From NCBI GenBank assembly GCA_015680685.1, contig MNCI01002560.1, forward strand, positions 1 through 64,000: a stretch of 64,000 bases of DNA, given 5' to 3'. Made by a program: the position numbers and the translations under genes. Under the pieces are notes generated by a model. That model did no database searches. It saw only the letters and a list, made by a program, of their open reading frames with translations, and was not told where the DNA came from. Position 1 is the first letter of the stretch. The number at the start of each line of letters is the position of its first letter. This document shows positions 12,501 to 26,269 of the stretch, in pieces. The DNA comes from Gnetum montanum. Lineage: Eukaryota > Plantae > Gnetophyta.

Positions 12501-14200
12501 GGGGAGGAAGAGGTGATGATCCCTAGAATAGGGGTAATTGGCAAAAATTAAGAGGCTCTAGCCATAGAGGAAAGGGCCCTAGCCAACAAAGAAGGGGCTC
12601 CTACCATAGAAGAAAGGGCCTAGGTTGGTGAGGAAGAGGCCCCTGCCAATGAAGAGGAGGCCTCTGCCAATGAAGAATGGGCCCTAGATGATGAGGAAGA
12701 GGCCCCTACCAATCACAAAGAGGCCCCTACTAATGACCCTTTCATCAGGTCTAGTTCATTACTGGAGGGGCATATGAGTATTGAGGATGCTGCTATGCTG
12801 TTAGGTCAGCTAGAAGGAGAGGGGATGCATTTTGATGCTAGTGAGTTTGACCACTTGTTTAAGAATGTATTAATGGGTGACCCCCTTCTATCACCCCTGA
12901 GGGTTTTCTGGGTAGGATCTTTACACTATCATTTAGGTTGCTCATCAGCTTTATCATGGTTCTCTCCACTATGGCTAACATGTTTTACCATGCAATAGAC
13001 ACCATCGTTGATACTTCTAGCCCTTCTTTCATCTTCCTACGACCATGGACCAAGAACCCCAATAAATTTACTTTCATGGAGGGGGTGGTCGACAACATCA
13101 TCGACCGTCTGAAGTAGATCAACATAGAAGTGGGTAAGTTAAAGTTTCTATGCTAGGCTTCCTATATTGTTATAGTTTCGCTATGTTACTGTGACTAATG
13201 TTTTTCTGTGTGTGGTTGACAACCTCTCACCTCAAGTGGGACCCTAAGAAAGTAGTAGAGGTCAACACTATGCCTGAATTCCCACAGGAAGTAATCGAAG
13301 TACCTCGTCACATATACGAAGAGACAAGCAAATGCACGTTGTACTTGGCACACTCCCTATGGGAATGCAGGCATGTAAATGAAGAATTCTAGAAATGGGT
13401 GCAAAGGATTAAGAAGGAGAATGCTAATCTAACTACTGAGGTGGGGGATCTCCGATCCAGGAATGAATTCCTGTTGGCCTAGGATACTAATGATGGTAGT
13501 TGATGCACGACCATCATCGACTATGTAAGATATTGGATGGCCATGATGCAACAATGAAGCCACACATGAAATAATTGAATAGCAAATGCAAATGGATCTT
13601 CTAGCCTAGAAGAACCAAGATTGGAAGGACTACAACATGAAGGTTTACAAGTGGGGGCAGGCACAGAAGAATCACAAACACATGTATAAACTAGAATGTG
13701 CCACCTACCATAAGTAGTATCATGATGCTTCCATAAAGTTTCATACCTATGAGGTATTCCTTGGCATCATTGGTGCTTCTGGGGCTTATGAAAGGTTCAT
13801 GCAACAAGTGATAGTTATTGAATCTCCCGAAAGGGAGATGACTTTTCCTATGGATGAGACAACTAATGCCACCTTTTCTCTAGGACCATCAAGATGGATA
13901 GCCATAGAGAAGGAGAAAGTTGCAGCAAATGCTAATATGGGAGATAGGAATTGGACCTACATTACTGAGGAGGAGATCTTGCAATGCCTCACAGTTAGCC
14001 TAGATCAAAGACCCCCTGAAACAGATGCAGGGCCATCTTATTTTAGTCACTTTTATCTATTTATTTATGGTGTGATAATTTATTTTATAAAATTTTTTCA
14101 TAGCTCTAGCTGATTTTTTTATTTTCTTTGTTATGTAGGATCCAAACAAAACCATAGGACCCACTAAGGCAGGGGATGGTGGTGTAGCCGAAGAATCATA
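9527..14200 (+). pseudogene. Multi-exon gene antisense to element A, lying between PR and RT; PMD (plant mobile domain/MAIN)-like core, acidic repeat, coiled-coil C-terminus
   Basis: GT-AG introns 9646-10424 and 10871-10966, with others downstream. Peptide LADSFSEKANRFCTRIH..FEINDQLFADLFGVPYDG resembles the PMD motif ERW..TxTF..MTITLxDV..LLGLPxDG. Exon-by-exon similarity to B 29590-34508. Confidence 0.72.
12560..12740 (+). repeat. 21-bp coding-type tandem repeat (EEEAPAN-like)
   Basis: gaagaggcccctgccaat(gaa) units encoding acidic heptads. Confidence 0.8.
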
Positions 14201-14699
14201 GCGTAGTGGTAGAGAGTTTTATTATTATGTTTGGATTCTCAAAAAAAATTTTAAGCCTTATTGATTAACAATTTTGAATGGGGCATGAAGGAGAAAAAAT
14301 TTATTTCATCTTGGTTAGTGTGTTGTATTTGTTTTTAGTCTATTTTTTGTCTCTCTTTTTTATTAATTAACTAAGCTCCTTAGGAGCATCTCATTTTAGT
14401 TTTAGGTCATTTCAGGCTATAACAATCGGTTAAGGCCATTCTGAGCCATTGCTAGGTTTAGGCCTTTTTGGGCCATTGGTTGATTGTACAGAAATTCTTT
14501 TTGCCATTTTTAGGCCTTAGCGGGCTGTTTCGTGGTGTAAACAGTGGGTGTAATGTGAATGGTTCAAAGAAAATGAGGTAAACACTAGCATAAATAGACA
14601 AATATGGAGTAAACAATGTGTAGAATGAACATATGGTTAATGTAAGTGGTGATCATTTTGGAAGCAGTGTAGTAGTTACGCTAACGCAAGTAACGATCA

Positions 14700-17600
14700 T
14701 TCTTGTAGCTGCTTCCTAACCCATCGTGGGCTCAGTGACGCATACAGTCAAGGGGCTTTGTTGTGGTATTCTTCTATGTCATTATCTACCTCTTGAAAAG
14801 GCAACTCGGCCCACGTAGTTTCATTTTTTGAGCCAACGTTTTGGGCTAGCTCATTAGCCAAGCAGGTAGCCTCAGTGGGGATAGTTGCTTCATTTTTACA
14901 GGTTATTATTTCTGAATCCTACTCCATATTGACATTGTTTATTGCTTGGGTGGCCTTTTTGTCACCATATATTACCACCTCCCTGCCCATGTACGGTAAG
15001 TGGATCTCTTAATCTATGGATGAAGAGATGGCCCTGAGTTGGGCTAACCATGGCCTCCCCAAGATCAGGTTAAACCCAGGCATCTTGTGTTGACTGACCC
15101 AAATTTGGATGAATAGGGGTCCTGTTGTTGCCTAGCCCTTCTCAGGTTCATCCTTAATGGACTCATCATAGAACATCAACTAAACTAGCCATGGTTCTTC
15201 AAGTGTAGAAGGAAGCATAACTGCATGAATTGCTTTCTCCTCCGCCGGTATGTTTTTGTCAATCAGTATCAACGTCAACATGTGAACCAAGGCCTCGTGG
15301 TGTGCAATGGAGGTCATTACTAGGTCATATAGGCTTATGATTATATTCTTTTATTTTAGGGCCTATTTGACCTGAGTAAGGGCATTTAGAAGGTCCTATC
15401 CACTTTCTTATTGTTTACTATCCTTCTCTTCCTCCATTCATCGTAGGAGACGAATCTCTTGTGGAGGAGAAGTTTCAAGTTTAGGGCTACACCTTCTTGG
15501 ATGGGATGGTGATGATTGTGTGCATGTAGGAGCATCAACTATTGATGATTGGGGGGGCGTAGGCATGGAAGACAAGGGCGTAGTATTGGGGGGACCTATT
15601 GTGGTATGTTCCTTGGTTGTCTTGTCCATCAGACGCTCTTCCCCTTTTCTTGAATGAGGAGGCTATGTGGTTATCTTAGATTGGCTCTGTGTGGTGGTGC
15701 CAGTTGAGGGTTTTGGCCCCCTAATGACAAATGGTGTTTGTGGTGTTAGCACGGGTGGCGACATAGTTTTGAACACAAAGGGTGTAGGGTCAGATGTTCT
15801 AGGGGGAACCTAGAGGATGAAAGGTTTTTGTGGCATCTTTTTTTGTTGTTGTTAGTGTCGCTACATTACATTGAGGCACATGAACCACAAATAGCTACTA
15901 TGGTGGTTCTGGGTTACTATCAATGCCAATTGTGTTGATGACATATCCCACGTTAGTGGCATTGAGGGGGTCCTTGTAGACATGCATGAATTAATTTTTG
16001 GTGCAGAAAGGATTTCTTTCATCTAGAAATAACTTTCCTTGATCAATTATGTGTTGGATGTCATCTTTTAATGCTAGATAGTAATCTATGTCATGAGCAC
16101 AAAGTTGATGGTAGTCACAGAATCATTCCAACCAGAAGTTCTTAGTAACTGGAAGCTCATTGTGCATAGCCAAGGAGGGGTTCCTAAGAAGTTCACAGTA
16201 CCATTGATATCACTTGGTCGCCTCCTTCAACATCTACTTATGTTGAATATACCAAGCCCCCAACAATTGCTTCAGAAGTTCTAAAGGCTTGACAGGTAGA
16301 GGGGCGTATTTGGAGTGATCTTTATGCTTGAATTTGGGTTTAGGCTAGGTTGATGCCTCTAGTGTTGAAGTTGAGGGTTGAGTAGCGTTGTTTAAGCTAG
16401 GCAGGGGGTTAGTTGAGGTTGTGGCCACCTTTTTGTCATCATTGTTGTTGTTTTTGGCCTCGTTTTCCACAGTGGCCACTGTGGCTATCGCAGCCTTGCT
16501 CTTCTCTTTGTCCTTTTTGGCATATGTATTTTTGTAGGAAACATAGGTCGGGCCTTTACTATCTTTGGCCGTGTATTGGATGCTCTTTGTTTGGGTGAAA
16601 GCTTAACTGAGAGAGTGTGGGGCTAGGTAGTATAGTTTCAACTTAATAAAGTTGTTTACTACCCCCTTGAAGATAGCCAACAGATGAGCCTTCATGATAG
16701 GCTTATGGATCTCATTCAGGGTAGCGTTCCACCACTGTATAAACTATTGCACTGACATAAGTGGGTCTTTCTTAACACTCATCAACTGATCTATTGTGAC
16801 TTTTGGCTTTAAATTATACTTGAAGCAGGTCACAATCCGAGTCAACACCTCCTGAAGAGTTGAGATGGAGGTGCATGGGAGCACATGGTACTAGTCTAAA
16901 GCTTTGCCCATTAGAGACATAGTAAGGACATGGATAATAGTGTGTATCCACTACTACAACAACAAAGATTCAAATCTAAATGTGACTAGATGTGCATTGG
17001 GATTGTCTTCCTTGTTGTATTTTGTGAATTGGGGGAGTGGCATCCCAGGAGGTAAGATGAGCATGGGAATGGCTAGACTAATGGGGTCATCATGGTAAAA
17101 ATCCATGACCTACATTGTATTGGAACTGATGGCTTTGAGACATTTAATCTCTTCAGTGGGGGTCTAGATAAGTTGAAACACTTGGTCCAGACCCTATGAT
17201 GCTGCAGATGGTTGTGGGGTTGCTTGAGCAACCGTCATGTATGTCGATGGGGGTTGTGATGTAGAGATAGAAGCCTAGCCCATGGGGGGCACTATTGGTG
17301 CTGCTCTTGTGCATGACGTTGCTTGGGTCATCCACCACCCAGTGGGTTGTGCTATTGATGTGGCAGCCGTTAATGGGACCATGGGATTGATAAGTTGCCC
17401 ACTTGGTGGGGCAGCCCATCGCCCCACTCTAGGTTGTACTACATGCGTAGGCTGGTGGGCTTGGGGTTGCACGTAGTATGATACTTGAGAAGGTTGGTTC
17501 ATAGGTAAGGAAGGGGCTGGGGCCCACCACGTCATTGAGACTAGGTTGGCTACTAGTGGTGGAACAGGTGTAGATGAGAGAGCAGAAATGAAGTTCACAT

Positions 17601-18305
17601 GTGACTAAGATGTAGGTAGAGTATGGACATATGGTAGCGTAGCTATGACCAATGTTGGGTACGCTACTGAAGTAGACTAAGAAGGTAGGGTGACTAGGGA
17701 TGAAGTTGAGGGACCCCCTTGTTGATACGTAGGAGGTACAGAATGACTTGCTACAATTGACAAGGGTGTAGATTCTGGTAGGGTTGTGGAAACCACAAAG
17801 GGGGTAGAAACAAAGAGCAGGTTCAACTAGAAGACCATGGTGGGAAGAATAACCATAGGGTAGATTTGGCCACCACCCTCTGAATGGGAGTCCAGGTCTT
17901 CCTATCCATCTTGGAATGCTTCATCGTAGTGAGATGTCATATGTTGTTTCCTAGACTTACTAACTCACATTAGCTAGCCTAAGATCCATTGATACATTTT
18001 TGTTAGGGGGATGGTAATGTCAAGGGTAGGGATAAATTCCCTCTTGTTCCAATGAAGGAACTTGAAATTGCATTTTTCCTCAAGTTCTTGGCAATCCAGA
18101 GGTAGATTTTCTTGGATCTTTGCATAGAGGAAGTCATAATGCTCTACATCTTGCGCTAGGAACTCAAGTGACAGATATTAGATCCTAAGAAACTGGCATG
18201 GCACTAGCAATGGTCTAGGTGGTTGCTCAGCACCTATGGTGCTTTGAGCTATGAAAGGAACCTCAAGGTTTGAGGTGGAAACTATGGTTTTTGGAGGAAT
18301 CATTT
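14700..18305 (-). pseudogene. gag: Element A gag-protease
   Basis: LPPGMPLPQFTKYNKEDNPNAHL, FCDYHQLCAHDIDYYLALK (Tat-type Cys/His motif), GFNLILGRPWLAQL; boundaries approximate. Confidence 0.8.
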
Positions 18306-18522
18306 TGTGTGATTAAAGGGAAATCGCAAATGAGAAACACAGAAAGTAATAGGTGATCGAAGGCTTTTCGTCCTACTTAGTTCCAAAGGAAACGTAGTTG
18401 AGACCAGTCTATACCACATGATGCATAGACAACCACAAGGGTTTCACATCTACGCTAGTAGGTGATGAGGTATAGATAGTGTTCAGGACTACCTAAAAAA
18501 TGTAGAAATGGAAACAAAAAGG

Positions 18523-18539
18523 CCCTCCTTCTAGCACCA
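18523..18539 (-). promoter_or_regulatory. Element A primer-binding site (tRNA-Asn type)
   Basis: Minus strand TGGTGCTAGAAGGAGGG 4 nt after the LTR CA; complements the plant tRNA-Asn(GUU) 3' end ..CCCTCCTTCTAGCGCCA with one C>T change. Confidence 0.85.
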
Positions 18540-18543
18540 AAAC

Positions 18544-20401
18544 TGTAGCAATCGAAAACATTAGTGGCTGGGACATAGAGAGGATGCCAGGCAAACAGTT
18601 TAACCCTGGATCTATGTGAGCGTCATGCTGAAGAGAAATGGAAGTAGGGTGCCCTAAATGGTTTAGTTGATCAGATAGTGGCTTAATCTGTGTATCTTAA
18701 TCTTTCATAAAAATTTGTTTCCAAAGAGAGACACGTGAAGTAAATCGACGATCACCAAATGTAAAGCGGTGAAAATAGTGCAAAACAACGATGATAGTAA
18801 GAAAATAGCAAAACAAACATGGGTGAGAAAGTGCACTACCCCAAGGTCACGAGTTTGATCCTTTACTTTACTAAAAGGTGTACAATAGAACACACAACAC
18901 AGAAGAGGCACAACTCACACACAATAGTATGGTCGTAGATCTCTGAGTTGTGGAGCCAACCCACAAACTCAAAGCCAACCCGAGTGCTATAAATTTTCAA
19001 CTATGCTCTCCAAAAGCCAACTTAAAAGTAAATCAATGCTAAAAGCCAATAGCCAACCCAACAACCAATTTTTTTTTTGCCAACCCCCTAAGCATTGTTT
19101 ATTGGGGTATTTATACTGCTAGGATCAAGAGAAAAACCTGGTCTAGATAACACGTTTCTTAGGCCTCACAAGGTGCAAACATGGTTGTACTATGTAGGTG
19201 TGAGATGCTGGAGGTGAGCTTTGTTATGCTGTGACCATATTGCTGAAATTGCATGTGCCAAAATCCAATGTGCCAACAATGAAAGCAATGGAGCCAATGC
19301 TCCAGGACTATGTCTTCCCTAATCTTACAAGCAGGGTCAAGCATAGAAACAATTTTTTGGGGATTGGCCAGGGGTATGCAAGATGAAGCAACCTTGTTGA
19401 TTTTTTTTGCCAAAGAGATACCAGGGCGAAAAAATCATTTCCAACAAGTTATAGAGCTAACCGATGATGTCCAGTGTTGCACTACTCATGCTATTCAACA
19501 CATTGGCATAGCATAAGTAACTGCTCACTTCACTATGCTACGCTACGTAGCGTAGCATAGCATAGCCACTAGGTTTGACAAAAAAATTGTGTACAAGCCA
19601 AAAGAATTTATGTGAGGCTTGGTCAGGCAAACAATTGTGACCTTTGTTCTCCATATGCCAGAAAGCCTTTGGGTTTTCTGAATTCATCTTTGGAACATTT
19701 CTATTACTTTTGCATTGTTGCTACGCTGTGCTATGCTATGTAGCGTAGCACAGTGTAGTAGCTAGTGTATCATGCTTTCTTGTTAAATCTACCATTTTCT
19801 ACCAAGAAACCTTGCTCGAGGCTTGAGGGCTAAGTGGGACAACGAGTTTTGGAGGCCAAAGAATTGCCAAGTGCAATCTCCTTGTCAGAGTCACTTGGCA
19901 AAAGGGGGGGGCGCCTTTGTGTGCTTTGTCCCTGTTACTCTCTACTACGCTACATAGCATAGCACCCTATGTTGGTGGAACAAGTCTACTTAGTGGTTGC
20001 AACATGAGAAAATGCTTTGGAAGACAAACTTTTCATCAATTTACATCTTGGATGCTTGATTTATTTCTTTGAGGCTTGCTATGCTGCGCAGCGTAGTGTA
20101 GCGTAGTAAATTTCTATGCTAGAAAACTTTCTGAACTATTTTTCTCATCTCAAACACTTTCGACAACTCCTATCATGGTCCTTGAGTAGACTACCGATTG
20201 GGTCAATTGTCCGATTGGGTAGGCTAGAGAGTCCAGCAAGCCTATTAACCTTGGAGATAGAAAACTTACTGGACTGTACAATCTATCCTTGGTGCCTACA
20301 TTGTTTTGTCAGCCCATCATGATGCTACACTTGTGGAAGTCCTTGCCCAAATTCCAAGACTCTGCTGAAGCATGAGGGCCTTGAAATTTTATGGTGTTTC
20401 A
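18544..20401 (-). repeat. Element A 5' LTR
   Basis: tgtagcaatcg...ggtgtttca followed by TSD CATAG. Confidence 0.95.
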
Positions 20402-21599
20402 CATAGCCTAGAAACTTTCCCTCCTTACTTTGGAAGTTTTCCCCTAGGATGGAGTCTTCACCCCTAGCATTGAAAATTGCATCCCCCATTGTGGAAGCCA
20501 CAATAGCTAGATTGCAACACTTCATGCACTCCAATGTTGACCAGCCACTTCAACAATCATGGTGGAGGGCTTAGCTTGAGAGATTCATCTCCAACATGGA
20601 AGGTGTTTAATGGTTACTCTTTATAGTAAATGGAATGGCCATGGGGGAGAGCACTTACTATATATAGTAATCCCTTAGATTTGGGCATCCATCTCACCTA
20701 AATTTTGTTGCTATTTCACAACAAATTTGCAGCTCCATCCATGGTTCAAATCCTATAAAAACCAGCCTCAAACACCATTTTTTGGTGACATAATCTTCAA
20801 AAATTTTAAACTATTTAGCAATTCTCTCAAGGTTCTACATTATTTTTGCAATCCAAGACTATTGGCATACATACACTTTTGCAGATAAAATTGTTCACTA
20901 TCCTACACTTGGGCATTCTCAAGCACTTGAGAGTTCTTTACAAGTTTCCACACTTGCATTCTCTTGAACCCAATGTAGACACCCTATGACAGTGTGTCCT
21001 TATAACCACCTTTAGGATTTTTGAATTTTCAAGATCCACAATGCAGTCCTAGGATTTCCAAATTCTAGTGTAGAGCATTTTGGTGGCTTACATTTTTTAC
21101 ACTTCTCAATCCCCATCATAGATAACATTGTAGATCTAAGGTTGTAGTTAAGGAAGGTTTGATAGCGTCAAGAGTTACTTGGAATATAGATCATGGAGTA
21201 GATTACATCATCTTCAATGGGCCTTGAACTCCTACACTAGTGAACCTTCCCCCACTTTTTTTGCTCATTCAATCATTTATACACATTTCTTTAACTTATT
21301 CTTTCCTTTTCCTCACTAAATTTTAAAGTTTTGAGTTTTGTGTACAAAATGCATTTTTTTTATTTGTGTATTATTTAGATCAACTATCAGTTTTGCATTT
21401 TGTGCACCACACTTTAAATTTCGTAAGTCCCTAGTTGATATACTAGACTAGCTAGGGTACCATGAATTCCATTCCTTCATAGAGGCCTTGGGGATTCATC
21501 AGTTGAGAAATTTTTTCATTAAGGATCTTTTTTTTTTCAGTGACCAAGGTTTTTAGTTACAACATTCATATCTACCTTCAAGAACAACTGAGGTTCTTT

Positions 21600-23560
21600 C
21601 AATGAATTAAATAAATAATCTATCCATGAAAAAGATCACTTGTTCTTCATCATTACCTGATTTGATTACTAGTAGCTGATATAGAACTACATACTATCTT
21701 TCTTCATCTTGACAAAGAGGATAAGGGCATCCTATGAAGATATAATCATATGAATTAGGTTATTTTTGAGAAAATCCTAGAGCCAAATCTTTAATTCTAA
21801 ATTAGAGAGTATCATTTCAAACATAAGCCTCAAACTATTTGCAGATTAATAAAATTAGCACAAGGATCAAAGAGAATTAAAAATACCAAATTAAAAATCA
21901 TATCACCAAAATCCATCATGGCGTTGAGCTCACTAGCTATTGGTTTTTTTATTGAAGCTTAGGTATAGGCATATGTCTACATATAATCTTATTTTCCTAT
22001 AGGTTTTTCACCTTTTCAAGAATCGTCAAAAAGCTTTAGATAGTTGTTGCTCTTATGGCTAATAAAGACATGATTATGGTAGTTAGAATATTTTCTAAGG
22101 ATGTTCACAATACTACCATAGGTATGATAAGTAATGGGTCCACTAGTGGCCCCACCACCTTCTACCTCTAGCTATGATTATTTCTTTCCATTAGAACCAA
22201 AATCCTAAGTCCAATTAGATTCAATCGACTTCCTATAAGAAATTTTGCCCTTGTTTTAAGAGCAACCATGCTGTATTACCTTAAGTTATTTATTGCATCC
22301 CAAATATAAACAAAAAACATGGACATTATTATATCTCTAAAGATAAAAAAGAAGAAAATGCTTCTTGATGGATGTACAAAGATCATCAATAAATCAGTTG
22401 GCCATAGCCTTTTCATTTTAATATATGTGTGATACATACATGCTCTACTCTGAGAACTTATACTTGTACTCAATGATGATTCAACTGTTGTAGTAGAGAT
22501 AGTAGAACTCATCTTCCTTTGGCTCTACATACTCTAAGGTAATGTAATGCATATTTAAAGCATCAAAAAAGTCTCTCCAATGGATATAAGACTCCTTCAA
22601 CTGATGTATCTTCTCCTAGATATCTCACTAATGACTAGAAGAACCCTTGAACTAGTGAGTTGTCAATCTCATTTTCTTTACTAAATACTAGATAATCAAA
22701 TTAAATATTTTTATGACCTCTTCAAGTCACTCCATAATATTAGTAGGGTTCTACTTAATGTGGAAGATAGGATATTCCAACTTATGAAATTATTCCATAA
22801 GTTTTCTCTTCATTAATAGTTTGCCATGATTGAAAACTACTCCAAAAAATAAGAAGCATTAATGGTAAATTAGAGTTCTTATTTTTATGTTAATGGAAGA
22901 ATTAAAATAGATAGTAGTTGACATATTCCTAATTAATCTTCTTTCTATAGTAGTTGACATATGCCTAATTAATCTTATATCTTTCTATAGGAGTAGGACT
23001 AGAAGCAATAGGATCTATTTATGGGTCAATCACTAACTCCTTTGTTTAATCAAGAACATGATTATTATCAAAGTTGGGTTGCTAGGCCTAATGTCTATTA
23101 TTCTATAACCACATCTACCTCTTACTTCTATCATAGTTGGACAAATCAGTAGAATATAAAAATTACTAAAACCTATTCTCTCATACTAGCATGTAACACC
23201 ATTCTTCATAATCTTATATTGAAGGGAATTATGTTGGATATAAAATCCTATTGAATAATTTTCCATGGTAAAGAAAAGAAGGCATTAAATAGATCAACAT
23301 GAAAAAATAAAATTGAAAGTCTATAGTGAGGCCATGACCAAGGATATGATCAAACTAAAACAATGTAACATTTGCATCATTATCATTCTTGCATTGTCCC
23401 AACAAAACATCGTTGACTAGATAAGTTTTTTTCTTTATTTGTCTCTATGAAGAGCTAGACTAATGTCCTAGCACCTACAAAATATTTTTAAAAACTCATT
23501 CATGAGATTTGACAAGGCTTCATAGCTACTCTTCAACCTAATGCTAACCCTTCTCCTTTC
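21600..23560 (-). mobile_element. Highly decayed L1-like LINE ORF2 (RT and RNase H remnants)
   Basis: Minus-strand HVDLFNAFFSLPW (~KLDxxKAFDxVxW) at ~23300; RGIRQGDPLSP-like remnant at ~23100; VEGGGATSGP..YGSIV and ASELNAM (RNase H-like) at ~22170-21920. Confidence 0.55.
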
Positions 23561-24128
23561 ATATGTAGGCTTGGGCCTAGCATTGATGGAGTTAAAGAAA
23601 ATGATATAATATTTAAATTAAATTTTATATATTGAAAAATAAAAGGTAATTGAAATATATGCTATACCATAAATGGAAGACTAAATTGAATTAAAAGAAA
23701 TATACTTCTAAAAATGAGAATAATGTAGTTGCAAATATAAAATTTCATAAATAGAAAGCATGATAAAAAGTGTTTTACCATAAATAATCTAAAAATCCAA
23801 AAGTATGAAATATATAGATATAATGTTTAAACACTAGCTAAATAGTCAACTATATGAATACCTAAACAATATGTAGAGCTAGAAATATAACAAGATATAA
23901 AAGATCTAAATTAGCAAAGGCAGTAAATGTATCGCTACTCTACCTAGCCCTAGAAACCTATAAATTGTTGATCTTTTAGTATGTTAAAACTTTCAAAAAT
24001 GGAGAATTGGTCTTGTGTTATGTAAAAACCTTTTAGACCTAAGTAAGCTCAAATCAATACATCAATAATACCAAGAAAAAAAATAAAAATGGATAATTTG
24101 AAATGATGGAATCTGAGAAAATATGTGA

Positions 24129-25507
24129 TGAAACACCACCAAAATTCATGTTGCAACCTTCATTTCCCAGCTTGAGGCAAGGATTCCTTGTAAATGTAAG
24201 ATATGTTTCCCATGAGCTATAATCTTGCATACTTCAACCTTTTGGGATAGAATAAATGCTTCAAACGTTTTTATGGCCTTGCTTCCCAAGTAGAAAAAGG
24301 TATCCCATGTTCACATTTTGGCATGGGAAGGACAAACATGCCTTAAGAATGAGTAAAATTAACATTTCCATTTTTTATAGGGTATAGCTTCAACTACACT
24401 AGAGCCATCAACTCTGATTGGTGCTACAATAGACATGGTGCTATAGTAGACAGAAAGTTCTATTCCATTCCAAGAGATGACAGTGGATACCATAGTCACC
24501 ACCAAGATCCAATAGAAGTACAATGTTGGAACTATTAGGACTTTCATTTTTTGAACATTAGCCAATGTAGTCACTCCAACGTTTTAGCAAGTTTTCAATG
24601 AAAGGATGTGACAACATAGTTGTAGCTTCAGCATAGTCCACCAAAGCTAGTGTAGTAAGAATGGTGCCAACATAGTCACAAAAATTCATTTGCTATTTAT
24701 TGCAAATGAATTGATTTTGTGGTTGTAGTCCATACCAGACTTACTATAAATGGTGACTATGTTGAGATTTAATAGTCATTGCATTTGCATATTAACACCA
24801 ATATGTTAGAAATCATGTCCATAGTGCATAGACTCAAAAATAACCATATCAACCCCATATATACCAAATGTAAATACAATATTCTAGTTTCAAATTTTTT
24901 GGCATCTACAACCTTCAAAATAGTGCTAAACTTTCATGACCACCAAATCTCACTACAATCATATTTTCACTTTTTTGTACAAAATCTAGTATTCTGCTAT
25001 GTACATAGACTTCTACATTGTTGTCATTACACTAAAAAGTGGAAACCCATTTCTATAGCCAGACCCTAGTAAAAACAAATGAAATGTTGTGAGAAATTGG
25101 AGTTGGTAAGAAATTGAATTGTAGAGTTGTCATAGAACACAACTTGCCTTCTTCAACATAGTTCAAGCTACTACAAGAAAATTCTAGTGCTCTTAGCATA
25201 AAATCAGTACTTCGTGAACCTTATTCTTTATTTCTATTTAAATAAAGTTATTATTCATGTTGTGCAAGTTTTAGTTTACATTTTCATTTCTACATCTATT
25301 TTCACTTCAGATTTGCAACTTTTACTTCATTTTCATTTCCATTTGTAGCTTCATTTATACTTTTGTAACTCCCTGGGTGATCAATATGACTATTGAGGGA
25401 AACTTAAATTTTGATTCCAAAGGCCTCTAGGATTTAGGGTTAAAACTATTCTAGTGCTTGGATTTTTTTGGTTTTCATTCCAACAACCAAAATTTCTAGC
25501 ACCAACA
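24129..25507 (+). repeat. Element B 5' LTR
   Basis: tgaaacaccaccaaaattcatg...ctagcaccaaca; repeated at 52624-54061. Confidence 0.93.
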
Positions 25508-25514
25508 ATTTTTT

Positions 25515-25527
25515 TGGTACTAGAAGG
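25515..25527 (+). promoter_or_regulatory. Element B PBS (degenerate tRNA-Asn type)
   Basis: TGGTACTAGAAGG just after the LTR. Confidence 0.7.
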
Positions 25528-26269
25528 TCCCAATTTTCTTCATCAAAACCTATTTGCCCATCTGCCATCTTTAGCTATATGCTTGAAATATTTGATTTTT
25601 TTGGAAAAAAAATTTGAATCTACATAAAATAAATATTTCAATCCATTCTCCTCTACCTCACAAACCCAACATGGGTGTTGTAAGTGTTTGGTTTTGGAAT
25701 TTTCACAACAGTTGCTATGTAATCCCAAAGCTAGTGTTGGTTTTTGGTCCAATTCACACACCCATTTTTCTACCAAAATCTTCTGGGATTTTTGGCATTG
25801 GTGGATTTAGCAACCAAATCTCCATCCCCCTTATTGAGAAAATTGTTAGCTCTCTAGAGTGATATTTTGATGCAAAGTCAATGTTTCCACTTTGGGGTTT
25901 AACCCCTCCCCACACACCAATGTTGAACAAGAATTGTGTAAGACTTCACATCTTACACTCTTTCTTTTCCCTTTGCTACATCCTAGTGTAGGTGCAACTA
26001 GGATGCTAGGAGATGGTGGAGTGTGCTATCATCTCTTTTTATTTTTAGTAAAGGGGTATACCTCCTTTAGTAGTTGCTTACTATTTATAGTAACTTTTTA
26101 AGCTATTTTTGTGTTTTTTAGCTATTTTAAAATTCTTGTTGGAATTTTCACTTTATTTAACCTTTTCCAATATTGTTTAGCTATTTTAGCACATTATCAT
26201 CATGTAATTCTAATAATCAACTAAGTTTACTTTCACATTCACTAATAATAGGTTTGAGTAGCAGGCCAT

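Larger units (their letters stand above)
1706..20401 (-). mobile_element. Element A: full-length decayed Ty3/gypsy LTR retrotransposon, Tat lineage (Ogre/Retand-type order RT-RH-aRH-INT), 18.7 kb
   Basis: Two LTRs with TG..CA ends; perfect 5-bp TSD CATAG (1701-1705, 20402-20406); PBS, PPT, gag, PR, RT, RH, aRH and INT remnants on the minus strand. Confidence 0.95.
1390..21564 (+). mobile_element. Element F: probable solo LTR (~1.47 kb; pieces 1390-1705 and 20407-21564) interrupted by element A
   Basis: Starts TG (1390), ends CA (21564), flanked by TTCAT at 1385-1389 and 21565-21569. TATA-like ctatatatag at ~20658. T-rich 3' part shares motifs with B LTR U5 (taagtccct..tgat; ggccttggggattc vs ggaccttgggattc). 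Confidence 0.6.

Noticed and set aside
9527-14200. Interpretation as a host MAIN-like gene
   Set aside because: Lies wholly within LTR/TSD-bounded elements, recurs at the same position in B, and is decayed like the surrounding pol.
17153-17598. Overlapping ORFs on both strands
   Set aside because: Frames of the Pro/Ser-rich gag N-terminal region of A; no independent gene evidence.
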